64,000 bases of DNA from a bacterium (GTDB lineage Bacteria > Zhuqueibacterota > Zhuqueibacteria > Residuimicrobiales > Oceaniaggregativiventaceae): assembly GCA_029565675.1 (NCBI GenBank), contig JAKQNP010000021.1:97630-161629 (forward strand). The letters run 5' to 3'. The position numbers and the translations under genes are program-made. Every line of letters begins with the position of its first letter. Within the stretch, counting starts at the first letter, position 1. Under the pieces are notes generated by a model. The model did not search any database. It was not told where the DNA came from and saw only the letters and a program-made list of their open reading frames with translations. Shown here one piece after another: positions 46,644 through 56,833 of this stretch.

Positions 46644-48029
46644 CTATTTGATCAAAACGCATTTGATCGTCTTTTGCTCGCGGGGTGAAATCAACCGAAC
46701 GAAATAATTTCCGGATGGAAGGCTATCCGCATTCCAGACGATGGTATGCTCGCCGGCCGATTTCCATTCATCGAGCAAGGTCGTCATGAGCTGTCCGGTG
46801 ATGTCGTATACCGCCAACACCATGTGCGCATCCTGGCTCAGGGTATAGGTGAGCGTCGTTGCCGCGTTAAAGGGGTTGGGATAATTTTGGTGCAGCCGAA
46901 AGCCGCTTGCCTGTCCGGTCGGCTGTTGTGCGATTATCGCCGGCGATGTTTCCAGGGGATAAAAGGTATAGGCAATGCCGCCTTTCTCGAACCACGAACG
47001 AGACAGGCTTGCCTTGTTGAAGATATAAGCGTAACCATTGGATTTGGCCGGATCGTGCACGATGGGACGGCCGTCTTCGGTAAAACCGGCCAGCATTATC
47101 AGATGACCGGAGTAAAGAGGCAAGCCGACCGACATGGCGATGCGGCCGCCGGCGGCCAACACCGCGCGAGCCTGGCTCCAGCTGCGGTAGCGGGTGACCG
47201 CGCCGTCGAGGCCGTATTCATGCGCATTTTGCACCACCCGCGGCCACATGCCAAAGATTTTCCAATAGGGGTCATAGGTGTCGCGGGCAAACTGCACCGG
47301 TTCCACGGCGATGTCGTAGCTGCGCAGAATCATGGATACGCTGGTCGGCGAACAGATGCTGGAACCGATCTCCGGGTCGAGGCTGTACTGATGATAGAAT
47401 GTGGTGGGGATAAAGATTGCTTCCGGCTTGTCGGCGACCAGGGCATCGATGTCTACCGCGGCCGTGGTGCGCGAATCGCTGGCAAAAAACGAGAGTTTGC
47501 TGACTGCGGGCGAGACCGCAGCGGCGGTGTTGCGGGTTATATAGATGCGGAACTGAAATCGGGTCTGCGGCGAATTGAGCAGCACATAATCATAATCGAT
47601 TTCGCCTCCTTCATAGCGGGTCAGGCCGTAGGAAGACCAGATGTGGTCTTTCCAATAACCGGCGGTCAGCCACGGCGACCAGCCGTCGCCAATGCCAAAG
47701 CGCATCTGCACGACAAAGCCATTGACCACTCCCGACGCCGTGCCGTTCCACGACGGCAAGCCCTGGTCGAACGGGTAGGGGGTTGTCTGGGACTTCAGGG
47801 TGACCAGACCGGAAACCTTGCCGTCTGCCAGCATCAGGCTTTTGCCATCATCCGAAACGCGGACGCCGTCATTGATTTCGATATCGGCGACCAGATCCTC
47901 ATCTTGCCAAACAAAGTGCTGGTCCGGATAGGGTTGCGCAAAAAGCAGTGCGGAAAGAACGAACAGCGAGAAGATGATCATGGCCGGGTTGATTGTTGCA
48001 CTTTTTGTGCTGGGCTGAATCTTTGTCAT
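46644..48029 (-). CDS. C39-like peptidase-domain protein with a type IX secretion system (Por) C-terminal sorting domain
   Basis: Cys/His pair (ICSPTSVSMIL ... SGHLIMLAGF) in a Peptidase_C39_2-like core. The C-terminus NYPNPFNAATTLTYTL...YFVRL matches the T9SS CTD. Confidence 0.6.
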   Translation of the reverse strand: MTKIQPSTKSATINPAMIIFSLFVLSALLFAQPYPDQHFVWQDEDLVADIEINDGVRVSDDGKSLMLADGKVSGLVTLKSQTTPYPFDQGLPSWNGTASGVVNGFVVQMRFGIGDGWSPWLTAGYWKDHIWSSYGLTRYEGGEIDYDYVLLNSPQTRFQFRIYITRNTAAAVSPAVSKLSFFASDSRTTAAVDIDALVADKPEAIFIPTTFYHQYSLDPEIGSSICSPTSVSMILRSYDIAVEPVQFARDTYDPYWKIFGMWPRVVQNAHEYGLDGAVTRYRSWSQARAVLAAGGRIAMSVGLPLYSGHLIMLAGFTEDGRPIVHDPAKSNGYAYIFNKASLSRSWFEKGGIAYTFYPLETSPAIIAQQPTGQASGFRLHQNYPNPFNAATTLTYTLSQDAHMVLAVYDITGQLMTTLLDEWKSAGEHTIVWNADSLPSGNYFVRLISPREQKTIKCVLIK

Positions 48030-48047
48030 GTTGTCTTTTCCTTTCTA

Positions 48048-51000
48048 TCACCTCTTTGCGCTCAGCTGCTGATACAGAACCGGTGTCACAATCAGGGTCA
48101 GAAGGGTGGAGAAGAGCAGTCCGCCGATGACAGCCCATCCCATGGGTGCCCACAGGGTGCCGCCGCCGAGAGTCAGCGGCAAGAGCCCGCCGATAGTGGT
48201 GGCCGTGGTCAGGAGAATCGGGGTCAGTCTCGTTTGCGCCGCCTCAACGATCGCCGGCTCGAGTTCCAATCCTTGCCGCCGCAACTGATTCGAATAATCG
48301 ACCAGAATGATCGAATTGTTGACCACGATCCCCGCCAGACTGATCACGCCGACAAACGCAGAAAATGAAAAATCATAGCCGGTCACCAGCAACGCGACAA
48401 TCGAGCCGATTGCGGCCAGAGGGATGGTGGAAAAGACCACCAGAGGCTGCAAATAAGAGCGAAACTGCAGCACCAGAACGGCGAAAATCATCAACAGGGC
48501 GAGCAGGATCGCGTGCAGCATGCCGCCAAAGGATTCCTGCCGGCTTTCCATTTCGCCTCCCACCTGGAATCGATAATCCGGCGGCCAGCTCATAGCGTCG
48601 AGCCGGGCGATGATGCGGCGGGTCAGGCGATCGACAGAGAACCCTCTTTCCACATCTGCGGTCACCACGGCGCTGCGTTTCAGATCGTGATGGCTGATTT
48701 CCAGGGGACCGGGGGAAAGCTCGACGCTTGCCAGCTGGGTCAGGGGCACCAGAGCGCCGGTTTGCGCCATGACTTGCACCGTGCTGAGGTCTTCCAACTC
48801 GGCTTTGCCGGCCATGGGCAGGCGAACGACGATGTCGTGCGATTCGCCTTCGCTGTCGCGGAATGTGGTGATCGGCAAACCCGTCAGCGCGGCGCGCACG
48901 GTCAAATGGACATCCGCCAGCCTGACTCCCAGCATCGCCGCAGCCTCGCGGTTGAGGCGGATTCTCAGGTCAGTTTTGTTGCTGCTCAGAGTGTTTTCGA
49001 TATTGACGGTGCCCAATTCGCTGCTGATGGCGTTTTCCACCCGGCGGCTCAGCTCCTGCAAGCGAGCCAGATTTTCCCCGATCACCCGGATAGCGATCGG
49101 TGCTTCGACCGGTGGACCCTGCTCCAATTCCCTGATTTTGATCTTTGCGCCCGGGGTATGGGCAAAGTGTTCGCGGAGGTCGGCGATCAGCCGGCGCATG
49201 TTCTTGCGATCGAAACGGTCGAGTTCGACAAAAATCTGCGCCACATGGCTTTTTTGTCTTTCCGAGATGACATTGTAATAGAGACGCGGATTGCCGTGAC
49301 CGACATTGGTTGCCAGAGTTTTCAATTCCGGTCGTTCGAGCAGAAAAGCCTCCACCTCGCGCGTCACCGCATCGGTGCGGGCCAGTGCCGTGCCCTGTGG
49401 CAATGCGATATCGATAAAGAACATCGGTTTTTCCGCTTTCGGGAAAAAGCTGAAGCCGACCAGCTGAAAAAGTGCGGCGCTGATGCAGAGAGCCAACAGC
49501 GCCAACAGCAGCACCCGGCGCGGATGGCGCAGGGCTCGCTGCAAAATACGGGCATAAGGACCCTGGCTGAATCGATCGATCGCTTGCTGCGCAGGAGTGA
49601 TCTGGTGGATGGCGCGGTCATTCAGCAGGCGACCGGCGAGAAACGGCGTTAGGGTCAGGGAAATCAACAACGACGCGATCAGGGTATACACCACAATCAC
49701 AGGCATGCTGCGGATAAAGTCGCCTGTCATGTCGCCGATCAGCATCAAGGGGATAAAGGCCAGCACGGTGGTGGCCGTCGAGCTGGTTACCGCCCAACCG
49801 ATCTGGGTCGTACCCTGGATGGCGGCTTGATAGGAGTCGAGTCCCTGCCGCCGGTGCCGAACCGTATTTTCGATAACCACGATGGCGTTGTCGACCAGCA
49901 AGCCCAGAGCGATGACGAGCCCGGCGATGGTCATTTGCTGCAGGCCAAAGCCGCTCAAATCGACCAGACCGATGGCGATCGCAATAGCAATCGGAACAGC
50001 CAACATGACGATGACAGCGGCGCGAACTCCGATTGCTGCGAACATCAACAAGCCGACCAGCAGCACACCTTGCAGCAAATTGATAAAGAAGCCGTTCAGG
50101 CGGTCAGCCACGCTGCGCGATTGGTCGAAGGCGATCTGCAGGTCGATGTCGTGCGGCAGCGTGGTTCGAAAGTCGTCCACCAGGGGACGAATTTGGTCAA
50201 AAACTGCAAAGATGTTGCTTGCCGGCTTTTGGCTGACGGTGAGATAGATGCAGCGTTTGCCGTTGAAGCGGGCCAGATACTCGACGTCTTCGGTGCGCCA
50301 TTCCACATCGGCGATCTCTTCCAGAGCAGTTACTCCTTGCGGACCGGCCATCACGGCGGCGCGGCGGATTTCCGCAAGCGAAGCAAAGGCGCCGTCGGTC
50401 TTGATCGACAGCCGTTTGCTGCCGATTTCCACTGCACCGCCGGGCACGTCGCTGTTGCCGTCCTGAATTGCGGCGATCACCTGCTGCAGGCTGAGGCCGC
50501 GACCGGCCAGTTGCGCCAAATCGAGGGAAATCCGCACCTCCTGTGCCGGCAAGGCGTGTATTTCGACTTTGTTGACGCCGCTGCTTTTTTCCAGTCGATC
50601 TTGCAACCGTTCGCTTTCTTGCTCCAGCTGACGGTACGGCGCGGTTTCGGACACCAGCGCCAGCTGCAGAATGCTGACGTCGACGATGCTCCATTTAACC
50701 GTTTCCAGCGACAGCAAGTCTTGCGGCAGCTCGCCGCGGATGGTGTTGATCTCCTGCACCACACGGTCATATTTTTCCTGCGCATCGCTGCCGACTTGAA
50801 ACTCGATGTGAATGGTGGCCAGCCCATCCGATGCCAGGGAGGTGATCAGTTTGATGTCGTCCAGAGTGTTGAGCGCTTTTTCGATTGGATCGACAAACAA
50901 GCGCTCCATGTCTTGCGGCGAGCCACCCGGATAGAGCACCACCACGATCGAGCCCGGCGGTTGCACCAGGGGGTCTTCGGTTTTCGGCATGGTCAAAAAG

Positions 51001-51083
51001 GCCACGAATCCATTGGCCACCAGCAGTACGAGCAGGATCAGGGTGAACTGATGGTTGTCGATGGCCAGCTTGGCTACTTTCAT
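48048..51083 (-). CDS. RND efflux transporter permease (AcrB/HAE1-like)
   Basis: About 1010 aa with a 12-TM layout and large periplasmic loops. The start is at MKVAKLAID. It overlaps the MFP gene by 4 bp (ATGA). Confidence 0.85.
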   Translation of the reverse strand: MKVAKLAIDNHQFTLILLVLLVANGFVAFLTMPKTEDPLVQPPGSIVVVLYPGGSPQDMERLFVDPIEKALNTLDDIKLITSLASDGLATIHIEFQVGSDAQEKYDRVVQEINTIRGELPQDLLSLETVKWSIVDVSILQLALVSETAPYRQLEQESERLQDRLEKSSGVNKVEIHALPAQEVRISLDLAQLAGRGLSLQQVIAAIQDGNSDVPGGAVEIGSKRLSIKTDGAFASLAEIRRAAVMAGPQGVTALEEIADVEWRTEDVEYLARFNGKRCIYLTVSQKPASNIFAVFDQIRPLVDDFRTTLPHDIDLQIAFDQSRSVADRLNGFFINLLQGVLLVGLLMFAAIGVRAAVIVMLAVPIAIAIAIGLVDLSGFGLQQMTIAGLVIALGLLVDNAIVVIENTVRHRRQGLDSYQAAIQGTTQIGWAVTSSTATTVLAFIPLMLIGDMTGDFIRSMPVIVVYTLIASLLISLTLTPFLAGRLLNDRAIHQITPAQQAIDRFSQGPYARILQRALRHPRRVLLLALLALCISAALFQLVGFSFFPKAEKPMFFIDIALPQGTALARTDAVTREVEAFLLERPELKTLATNVGHGNPRLYYNVISERQKSHVAQIFVELDRFDRKNMRRLIADLREHFAHTPGAKIKIRELEQGPPVEAPIAIRVIGENLARLQELSRRVENAISSELGTVNIENTLSSNKTDLRIRLNREAAAMLGVRLADVHLTVRAALTGLPITTFRDSEGESHDIVVRLPMAGKAELEDLSTVQVMAQTGALVPLTQLASVELSPGPLEISHHDLKRSAVVTADVERGFSVDRLTRRIIARLDAMSWPPDYRFQVGGEMESRQESFGGMLHAILLALLMIFAVLVLQFRSYLQPLVVFSTIPLAAIGSIVALLVTGYDFSFSAFVGVISLAGIVVNNSIILVDYSNQLRRQGLELEPAIVEAAQTRLTPILLTTATTIGGLLPLTLGGGTLWAPMGWAVIGGLLFSTLLTLIVTPVLYQQLSAKR

Positions 51084-52132
51084 GGTTGTGCGCCTTTCGG
51101 CGGTGCAGCGATCTCGACCGGCGTGCCGTCGACGAGGTAAGCTGATCCTTCGGTGACGACCTGCTGCAGATTGGGTGGGCAGTGCCCGAGCGCGATCCAC
51201 CCATCGCGAATAAAGGCGATTTCTATTGGCACTTTAACCGCCGTGTTGCTGTCGCTGACGGTAAAGACAAAGCCGTTGTTGCCGTCAGCGTCGACCAGAG
51301 CGTTAAAGGGCACAATCGGATAGAGCTCTGTCGCCGCCGGATACAGGGTTGCCCGGACTGTAAAACCGCTCTTGAACCGCCCATCGCCATCGTGCAATGT
51401 GCATTTCAGACGAAAGGTTCCTGAATAGGGATCGGCGCTGCCGGCGATTTCGACAACCCGGGCGCTGAATTTGCGTTCAGGCAGGGCGTCGACCACCAGG
51501 GAGGCGGAATCGCCGATCTGCAGGCGCACGATCTCGCGCGCCGCCACACGCAGCTGCGCAGTCCACTTTTGGTCCGACGAGCCGAAGAGAAGGATCGGTT
51601 GTCCGGCAGCCACCAGCTCGTCCTTTTCTGCCAGCCGCCGCAGCACACTGCCTGCCATGGGCGCGCGGATTTCTGCATGTTTCTGATTGAACAAGGCGAT
51701 ATCGAGCTGGGCGCGGGCGATCTCCAGAGCCGTCTGCGAATTCTGATACAGTTCGAGAGTCACGGCGCTGTCGGCATACAACCTGGCCATTCTGCTGGAA
51801 TCGCGCTGCGCTTTGTCAAAGGCGATCTGCGCCTGCCGCACCTGGGCGTCGATTTCCGCGCTTTTGAGGCTTGCAAGGCGCTGCTCAGATCGGACCGTCA
51901 TGCCTTCGCGCACGTCGATTGCCTCGATGTAACCGGGGATCTTGAACGACAATCTGACTTCTGCCTCGGCAGCCAGCGTTCCGCTTGCCTGGACCGGTTG
52001 GTTCCAGCGCTTGTGCACCACCGTCGCCGTCCTGACCGCAGTGATTGCCTCGGTGCGGTCAGGTGTTTGGGCACGGTGGCAGCTGGACAGCCCTGCGAAC
52101 AAAAGCGTGAGGACGATTGCATATCTGTTCAT
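51080..52132 (-). CDS. RND efflux periplasmic adaptor (membrane fusion protein), lipoprotein
   Basis: Lipobox LSSC; coiled-coil and beta-barrel MFP layout. Confidence 0.8.
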   Translation of the reverse strand: MNRYAIVLTLLFAGLSSCHRAQTPDRTEAITAVRTATVVHKRWNQPVQASGTLAAEAEVRLSFKIPGYIEAIDVREGMTVRSEQRLASLKSAEIDAQVRQAQIAFDKAQRDSSRMARLYADSAVTLELYQNSQTALEIARAQLDIALFNQKHAEIRAPMAGSVLRRLAEKDELVAAGQPILLFGSSDQKWTAQLRVAAREIVRLQIGDSASLVVDALPERKFSARVVEIAGSADPYSGTFRLKCTLHDGDGRFKSGFTVRATLYPAATELYPIVPFNALVDADGNNGFVFTVSDSNTAVKVPIEIAFIRDGWIALGHCPPNLQQVVTEGSAYLVDGTPVEIAAPPKGAQP

Positions 52133-52671
52133 TTGGTACTCCGGTAACTGCAGCCATACAACCGCGGCTCTGTTGGACGATGGCCGGTGGGCTGCTGTCG
52201 CCTTGCTTGTTCACAACACGCCGGACACCAGGTGTTGCAGCGTCAGCAAGACGATTTTATCGCCTTTTGGCTGCGAATCGACAGACCGAACGTTGGCCTA
52301 TCTTGTGATGGCATGCGGTCGGGTTTCCGTCGCAAAAAGAAACGGCCTCAACCAACCCTGCAAAAATCAAGTGAAACAGGGGCAAACAAAAACATAGGAA
52401 ATTCAGCGCAATAGCACAAGCAAAAATAAGACCCAGATTCGGTGTAAACCGAATCCGAGCAATAAAAGGTTTTGCTAAAATGGCACAATAAAGTATATTG
52501 AAACGTTGGATCCTGGCCGACTGCGGCAGCACGATTCCAGACTCGGCCTCCAGCAAAGCGCGGCGGTTGCCTCGATGGCGATGCGCCAGTGCACCTTTTT
52601 TTTAAACTGCACCTGTTGCGATTCGGCCCGCGCCGGATCCGGGTCAGACAATCGAAGGAGGAAAGAATAAC

Positions 52672-53109
52672 ATGGAACTGTTTTCGCCGCCGATTCTCTG
52701 GTTTGTAATCGGCCTGGTCTGTCTGTTGCTGGAATTCATTTTGCCGGGAATCGTGATCGTCTTTTTTGGTATCGGCGCCTGGATCGTGGCTTTGTTGCTG
52801 CTTCTGTTGCCCATGCCAATCGAATATCAATTGCTGATTTTCATCTCCAGTTCCCTTTTTCTGTTGATGGCGCTGCGGCGCAATCTGCAGAAATGGTTTT
52901 TCAAGGAAAATGCGGACGATCTCCTCACGATGCAGGAATATGTCGGCGAAAAAGCGATCGTGGTGGAGGCGATTGCCGGCAAAATGCCGGGCAAAGTGGA
53001 ATTGCATGGCACGCGTTGGGAGGCCGAAGCGGAATGCGAAATCGCAGTCGGCACTCCGGTCATCGTGCGCGGTAAAAAGAACCTCACTCTGTTGGTTGAA
53101 CCCCTTTAA
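52672..53109 (+). CDS. NfeD-family membrane protein (partner of SPFH/stomatin)
   Basis: N-terminal TM helices plus a C-terminal OB-fold (VGEKAIVVEAIAGKMPGKVELHGTRWEAEAE). Confidence 0.7.
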   Translation: MELFSPPILWFVIGLVCLLLEFILPGIVIVFFGIGAWIVALLLLLLPMPIEYQLLIFISSSLFLLMALRRNLQKWFFKENADDLLTMQEYVGEKAIVVEAIAGKMPGKVELHGTRWEAEAECEIAVGTPVIVRGKKNLTLLVEPL

Positions 53110-53119
53110 GGAGGCGGCT

Positions 53120-54052
53120 ATGAGTTTTTTTACAGTCATTCTCATCGGATTGATCTTTTTTGCCCTGGTTGCTTTTTTTAAAACCATTGTCATTGTGCCG
53201 CAAAAGTCGGCTTTTATCGTCGAACGTCTGGGCAAATATGCCGGCACCATGGAAGCGGGATTTCATATTCTCATTCCTTTTATGGACCGGGTGGCATATC
53301 GCCATACGCTGAAAGAACAGGCTTTGGACGTGACGCCGCAGACCTGTATCACCAAGGACAACATTTCGGTTCAGGTCGACGGCATCCTCTACCTGCAGGT
53401 GGTGGATGCGCGCAAGGCATCCTACGGCATCAACGACTACCAGTTTGCCTCCGCGCAGTTGGCGCAGACGACCATGCGCAGCGTGATCGGCACCATGGAA
53501 CTCGATCGGACCTTTGAAGAACGACAGACCATCAATGCGGCGATTGTCGATGCCGTTGATAAAGCGTCGGATCCCTGGGGGGTAAAAGTGACGCGTTACG
53601 AGATCAAGAACATCGAACCGCCGGTGAGCATCAAGGACGCCATGGAAAAGCAGATGCGCGCGGAACGGGAAAAGCGCGCCCTGATCGCCCAGTCCGAAGG
53701 CGACAAACAGGCCAAGATCAACCGCGCCGAAGGGGAAAAGCAGGAAGCGATCAAAAAGTCGGAAGGCGAGATGCAACGCCGCATCAACGAGGCGGAAGGC
53801 CGGGGGCGGGAGATCGAGCGGGTTGCTGAAGCGACCAGCGCCGGCTTGATACGCATCGCCGAGGCGATCAACAAAGAGGGCGGCCTCAACGCGGTCAATC
53901 TGCGCATTGCCGAGCAATACATCAGCGAATTCGGCAATCTGGCCAAGACCAACAACTCGCTGATCGTGCCGACCAATTTTGCCGATATCGCCGGCCTGAT
54001 TGCCAGCGCCATGACCGTGGTCAAAGACCAAAAAGCGGGCAAGAAGAGCTGA
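53120..54052 (+). CDS. SPFH/band-7 (stomatin/slipin-like) protein
   Basis: RBS AAGGAGG. An N-terminal TM helix, then the SPFH domain (SAFIVERLGKYAGTMEAGFHILIPFMDRV...), then a Glu/Ala/Lys-rich coiled coil. Confidence 0.85.
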   Translation: MSFFTVILIGLIFFALVAFFKTIVIVPQKSAFIVERLGKYAGTMEAGFHILIPFMDRVAYRHTLKEQALDVTPQTCITKDNISVQVDGILYLQVVDARKASYGINDYQFASAQLAQTTMRSVIGTMELDRTFEERQTINAAIVDAVDKASDPWGVKVTRYEIKNIEPPVSIKDAMEKQMRAEREKRALIAQSEGDKQAKINRAEGEKQEAIKKSEGEMQRRINEAEGRGREIERVAEATSAGLIRIAEAINKEGGLNAVNLRIAEQYISEFGNLAKTNNSLIVPTNFADIAGLIASAMTVVKDQKAGKKS

Positions 54053-54266
54053 ACCTGATCATCTGTTTTAAATAAATTATGAACCACGAAGGGCGCGAAG
54101 GACACGAACCTGGATTCGGTGCGCAGCACGGTTATTTTACTATTCGCATTATAAATAGGCCAATTTTCTATTTAGTTCGCCTCCGGCTCTGCCTTGCGCT
54201 CCGGTTTTGACAGTTCTTGCGAATCGGCGGCGAATTGGGTCTTTATGGGATCGAGCATTTTCGCAG

Positions 54267-54836
54267 GCGCAAGGCAGGATCCTCCGGCGGCTCCGCGCGT
54301 CTCCTCGGCCGCAAGAGAAGCGGCCTGCGGGGTCGCGCTCCGCAGGATTTTATGAGGCGGATTGTGCGAGTTGGGTTGTTTCGTATGTGTCGTTTGGTTA
54401 CAGGGTAGTTGGCGCTATTGATTATGCGCAAATCACGGTTTTCGTTTCGCCGGGTTCTCTTGGCGATTCTGTACAGGCGCCCCAGCGGGGTGCGATATTT
54501 CTAGCCCGGGGCGCAGCCCCGGGAATCGGCATTATTTCCGCCACCGCGGGGCTTGTCCCCGCGGAGCGATGATTCTTAGCCAGATCCGAGCCCCTTCCCG
54601 CCCCTTTTTGCTAGGGGTGGTGGGGCATCATTTAATTGGCTTTCAATCACCATCCTGCAGGGACAAGCCCTGCGGTGATGGGGATTTGGCGGTGCTGCGA
54701 TCTGGCTGTCAATCCTCATCCCACGGGGGCAAGCCCCGTGGGATGAAGCGAGAATCCTCCTAAAATCCTGCGAAGCGCGATCGCCGAGTCCGCCGCTTTT
54801 GCGGGCGAGGCAGCGCGCGGAGCCCGCGGAGGATCC
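54267..54836. mobile_element. 570-bp noncoding MITE-like element: ~85-90-nt imperfect terminal inverted repeats (54267-54357 vs 54756-54836, about 80-85% complementary) enclosing several GC-rich hairpins (stems around CTTG/CAAG loops). No ORF with coding character.
   Basis: The reverse complement of the right arm (ggatcctccgcgggctccgcgcg...cgcaggattttaggagg) aligns to the left arm (ggatcctccggcggctccgcgcg...cgcaggattttatgagg). Internal hairpins are at about 54505-54523, 54543-54569, 54651-54677 and 54719-54743. Confidence 0.5.
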
Positions 54837-55180
54837 CGGCCCCGCGACGCAAACAATCAAAAGAGAACGATCTGAATCATTTCCCGCAATTCCTGGTCAC
54901 GGAACAGAAGCGGGGCCGGAGCCGGAGCGGCCCCACAAAAGCAAATGCTGATACATCAAACAGCGTACAATCGTTTGCATCAAAATTACCACTCTCGAGA
55001 AATCGCGCGAAGCGGCACAAAATAAAAACACTCGAGTATCAGGTGTCAGATTTTTCAACACGACGCCCACCATTGTTATTTTCGCCTTGATTTAAGCTTA
55101 TAAAATGTTTTATTGAAAGAATATGATTTTGAAGACCAATGAGCAGATTTCACCAGATGGATTGGAAGAAAGGGTCGGAT

Positions 55181-56791
55181 ATGAACAAGCGAGTTCCAGC
55201 GATGTTCGGCATACTGATGCTCAGCTGTTTCACGACAGGTTGGGCTTGTACCAATTTTCTTATCAGCAAAGGCGCAAGCGCGGACGGTTCGACGTTTATC
55301 TCCTACACCGCGGATTCGCATGTTCTGTTCGGAGAGCTCTATTATTTCCCGGCAGCGGAATATCCCGAAGGAGCGATGCTGGATGTTTATGAATGGGACA
55401 GCGGCAAATATCTCGGCAAGATCCCGCAGGTGCGCAAAACCTATTCGGTCGTCGGCAACATGAATGAACATCAGGTTTCGATCGGCGAAACGACCTTCGG
55501 CGGCCGCCCGGAATGCCAGGGCGGCAAGGGAGAGATGGATTACGGCAGCCTGATGTATATCGCTTTGCAGCGCGCCAGAACCGCCCGCGAGGCGATCCGC
55601 ATTATGGGTGAGCTGGTGCAGAAACACGGCTATGTCAGCAGCGGCGAGTCCATTTCAGTGGCCGATGCGAACGAGGTCTGGATTTTGGAGATGATCGGCA
55701 AGGGTCCGGAGGAGAGCGGCGCAGTGTGGGTGGCGCGGCGGGTGCCGGACGGTATGATCTGCGCGCATGCCAACCAATCCCGCATCCGCCAATTTCCGCT
55801 GGATGATCCGGAGAACTGTCTCTATTCAGCGGATGTGATCGAATTTGCCCGCAAAAGGGGCTTTTTCAGCGGCAAGGATAGCGATTTCAGCTTTGCCGAC
55901 ACCTATGCGCCGGCCGATTTTGGCGCGTTGCGCTTTTGTGAAGCGCGGGTTTGGAGCATGTTCCGCCGCGCCGCTCCTTCGATGAAATTTGATCTCGACT
56001 ATGTCCGCGGCGACGCGAAGGCAGAACCGCTGCCGCTGTGGATCAAACCGGAGCGCAAATTAACCCTGCAGGATGTCGTCGCTTTTATGCGCGACCATTT
56101 CGAAGATTCCGAATTCGATCTGCACGACGGCATCGGCGCCGGGCCGTATAAATTGCCCTACCGCTGGCGGCCGCTGACATGGAAAGTCGACAGCACCGAA
56201 TATTGCCACGAGCGTTCCACCTCCACCCAGCAAACCGGTTTCTCTTTTGTGTCGCAGATGCGCTCTGCGCTGCCCGATCCAATCGGTGGGGTTTTGTGGT
56301 TCGGCGTCGACGATACCCACAGCACCGTCTATGTGCCGATGTATTGCGGCATGCAAAAAGTGCCGAAACCCTATGCGGTTGGAACAGCCGACTTTTGGCA
56401 TTTTTCCTGGGAATCGGCTTTTCACATCTTTAATTTTGTCGCCAATACCGCTTACTCGCGCTATCAGGACATGATCCGCGACATTCAGATTGTCCAGCAA
56501 GAGCTCGAAGGCGGCTTTTTCGCTCGACAGACGGAAATCGAGGCTGCCGCCCTGGCCCTATATCGCCAATCCCCTCAGCTGGCGCGCGATTATCTGGGCA
56601 CCTATTCAGTGGAACAGGGAGAAAAAACCGTTGAGCGCTGGCGGCGTCTGGGCGAGTTTTTGTTGCTCAAATATATGGACGGCAATGTCAAGGATTTTAC
56701 CACCCGCGAGGTCACCCATCCCGGCTATCCAGAATGGTTCTATCGCAAGATCGTTGAGGAGAGCGGCGATCGCTACCGGGTGATCGAATAA
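55181..56791 (+). CDS. C69-family dipeptidase (secreted; N-terminal Cys nucleophile)
   Basis: A signal peptide ending ...FTTGWA, then CTNFLI. Peptidase C69 (PepD-like) layout. Confidence 0.75.
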   Translation: MNKRVPAMFGILMLSCFTTGWACTNFLISKGASADGSTFISYTADSHVLFGELYYFPAAEYPEGAMLDVYEWDSGKYLGKIPQVRKTYSVVGNMNEHQVSIGETTFGGRPECQGGKGEMDYGSLMYIALQRARTAREAIRIMGELVQKHGYVSSGESISVADANEVWILEMIGKGPEESGAVWVARRVPDGMICAHANQSRIRQFPLDDPENCLYSADVIEFARKRGFFSGKDSDFSFADTYAPADFGALRFCEARVWSMFRRAAPSMKFDLDYVRGDAKAEPLPLWIKPERKLTLQDVVAFMRDHFEDSEFDLHDGIGAGPYKLPYRWRPLTWKVDSTEYCHERSTSTQQTGFSFVSQMRSALPDPIGGVLWFGVDDTHSTVYVPMYCGMQKVPKPYAVGTADFWHFSWESAFHIFNFVANTAYSRYQDMIRDIQIVQQELEGGFFARQTEIEAAALALYRQSPQLARDYLGTYSVEQGEKTVERWRRLGEFLLLKYMDGNVKDFTTREVTHPGYPEWFYRKIVEESGDRYRVIE

Positions 56792-56833
56792 GCGAGCACA
56801 AATCGAATTCGACGAGGTGCAGGAGATCGAAAC

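Noticed and set aside
48513-51140. Two long plus-strand ORFs (379 aa and 437 aa)
   Set aside because: Both lie antisense within the RND permease gene. Their composition is typical of high-GC shadow frames.
52348-53250. 300-aa minus-strand ORF
   Set aside because: It overlaps the NfeD and SPFH genes on the opposite strand and has low-complexity, non-protein-like composition.
54500-54760. Possible CRISPR array (repeated GC-rich palindromic units)
   Set aside because: The units differ in sequence and orientation, the spacing is irregular (41, 111 and 66 bp), and there are no cas genes. This is not a CRISPR.
54207-54860. Small ORFs (60-120 aa) inside the GC-rich hairpin region
   Set aside because: They fall within the inverted-repeat/hairpin element. 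They have Arg/Pro/Gly-rich translations typical of non-coding GC-rich DNA and no RBS.
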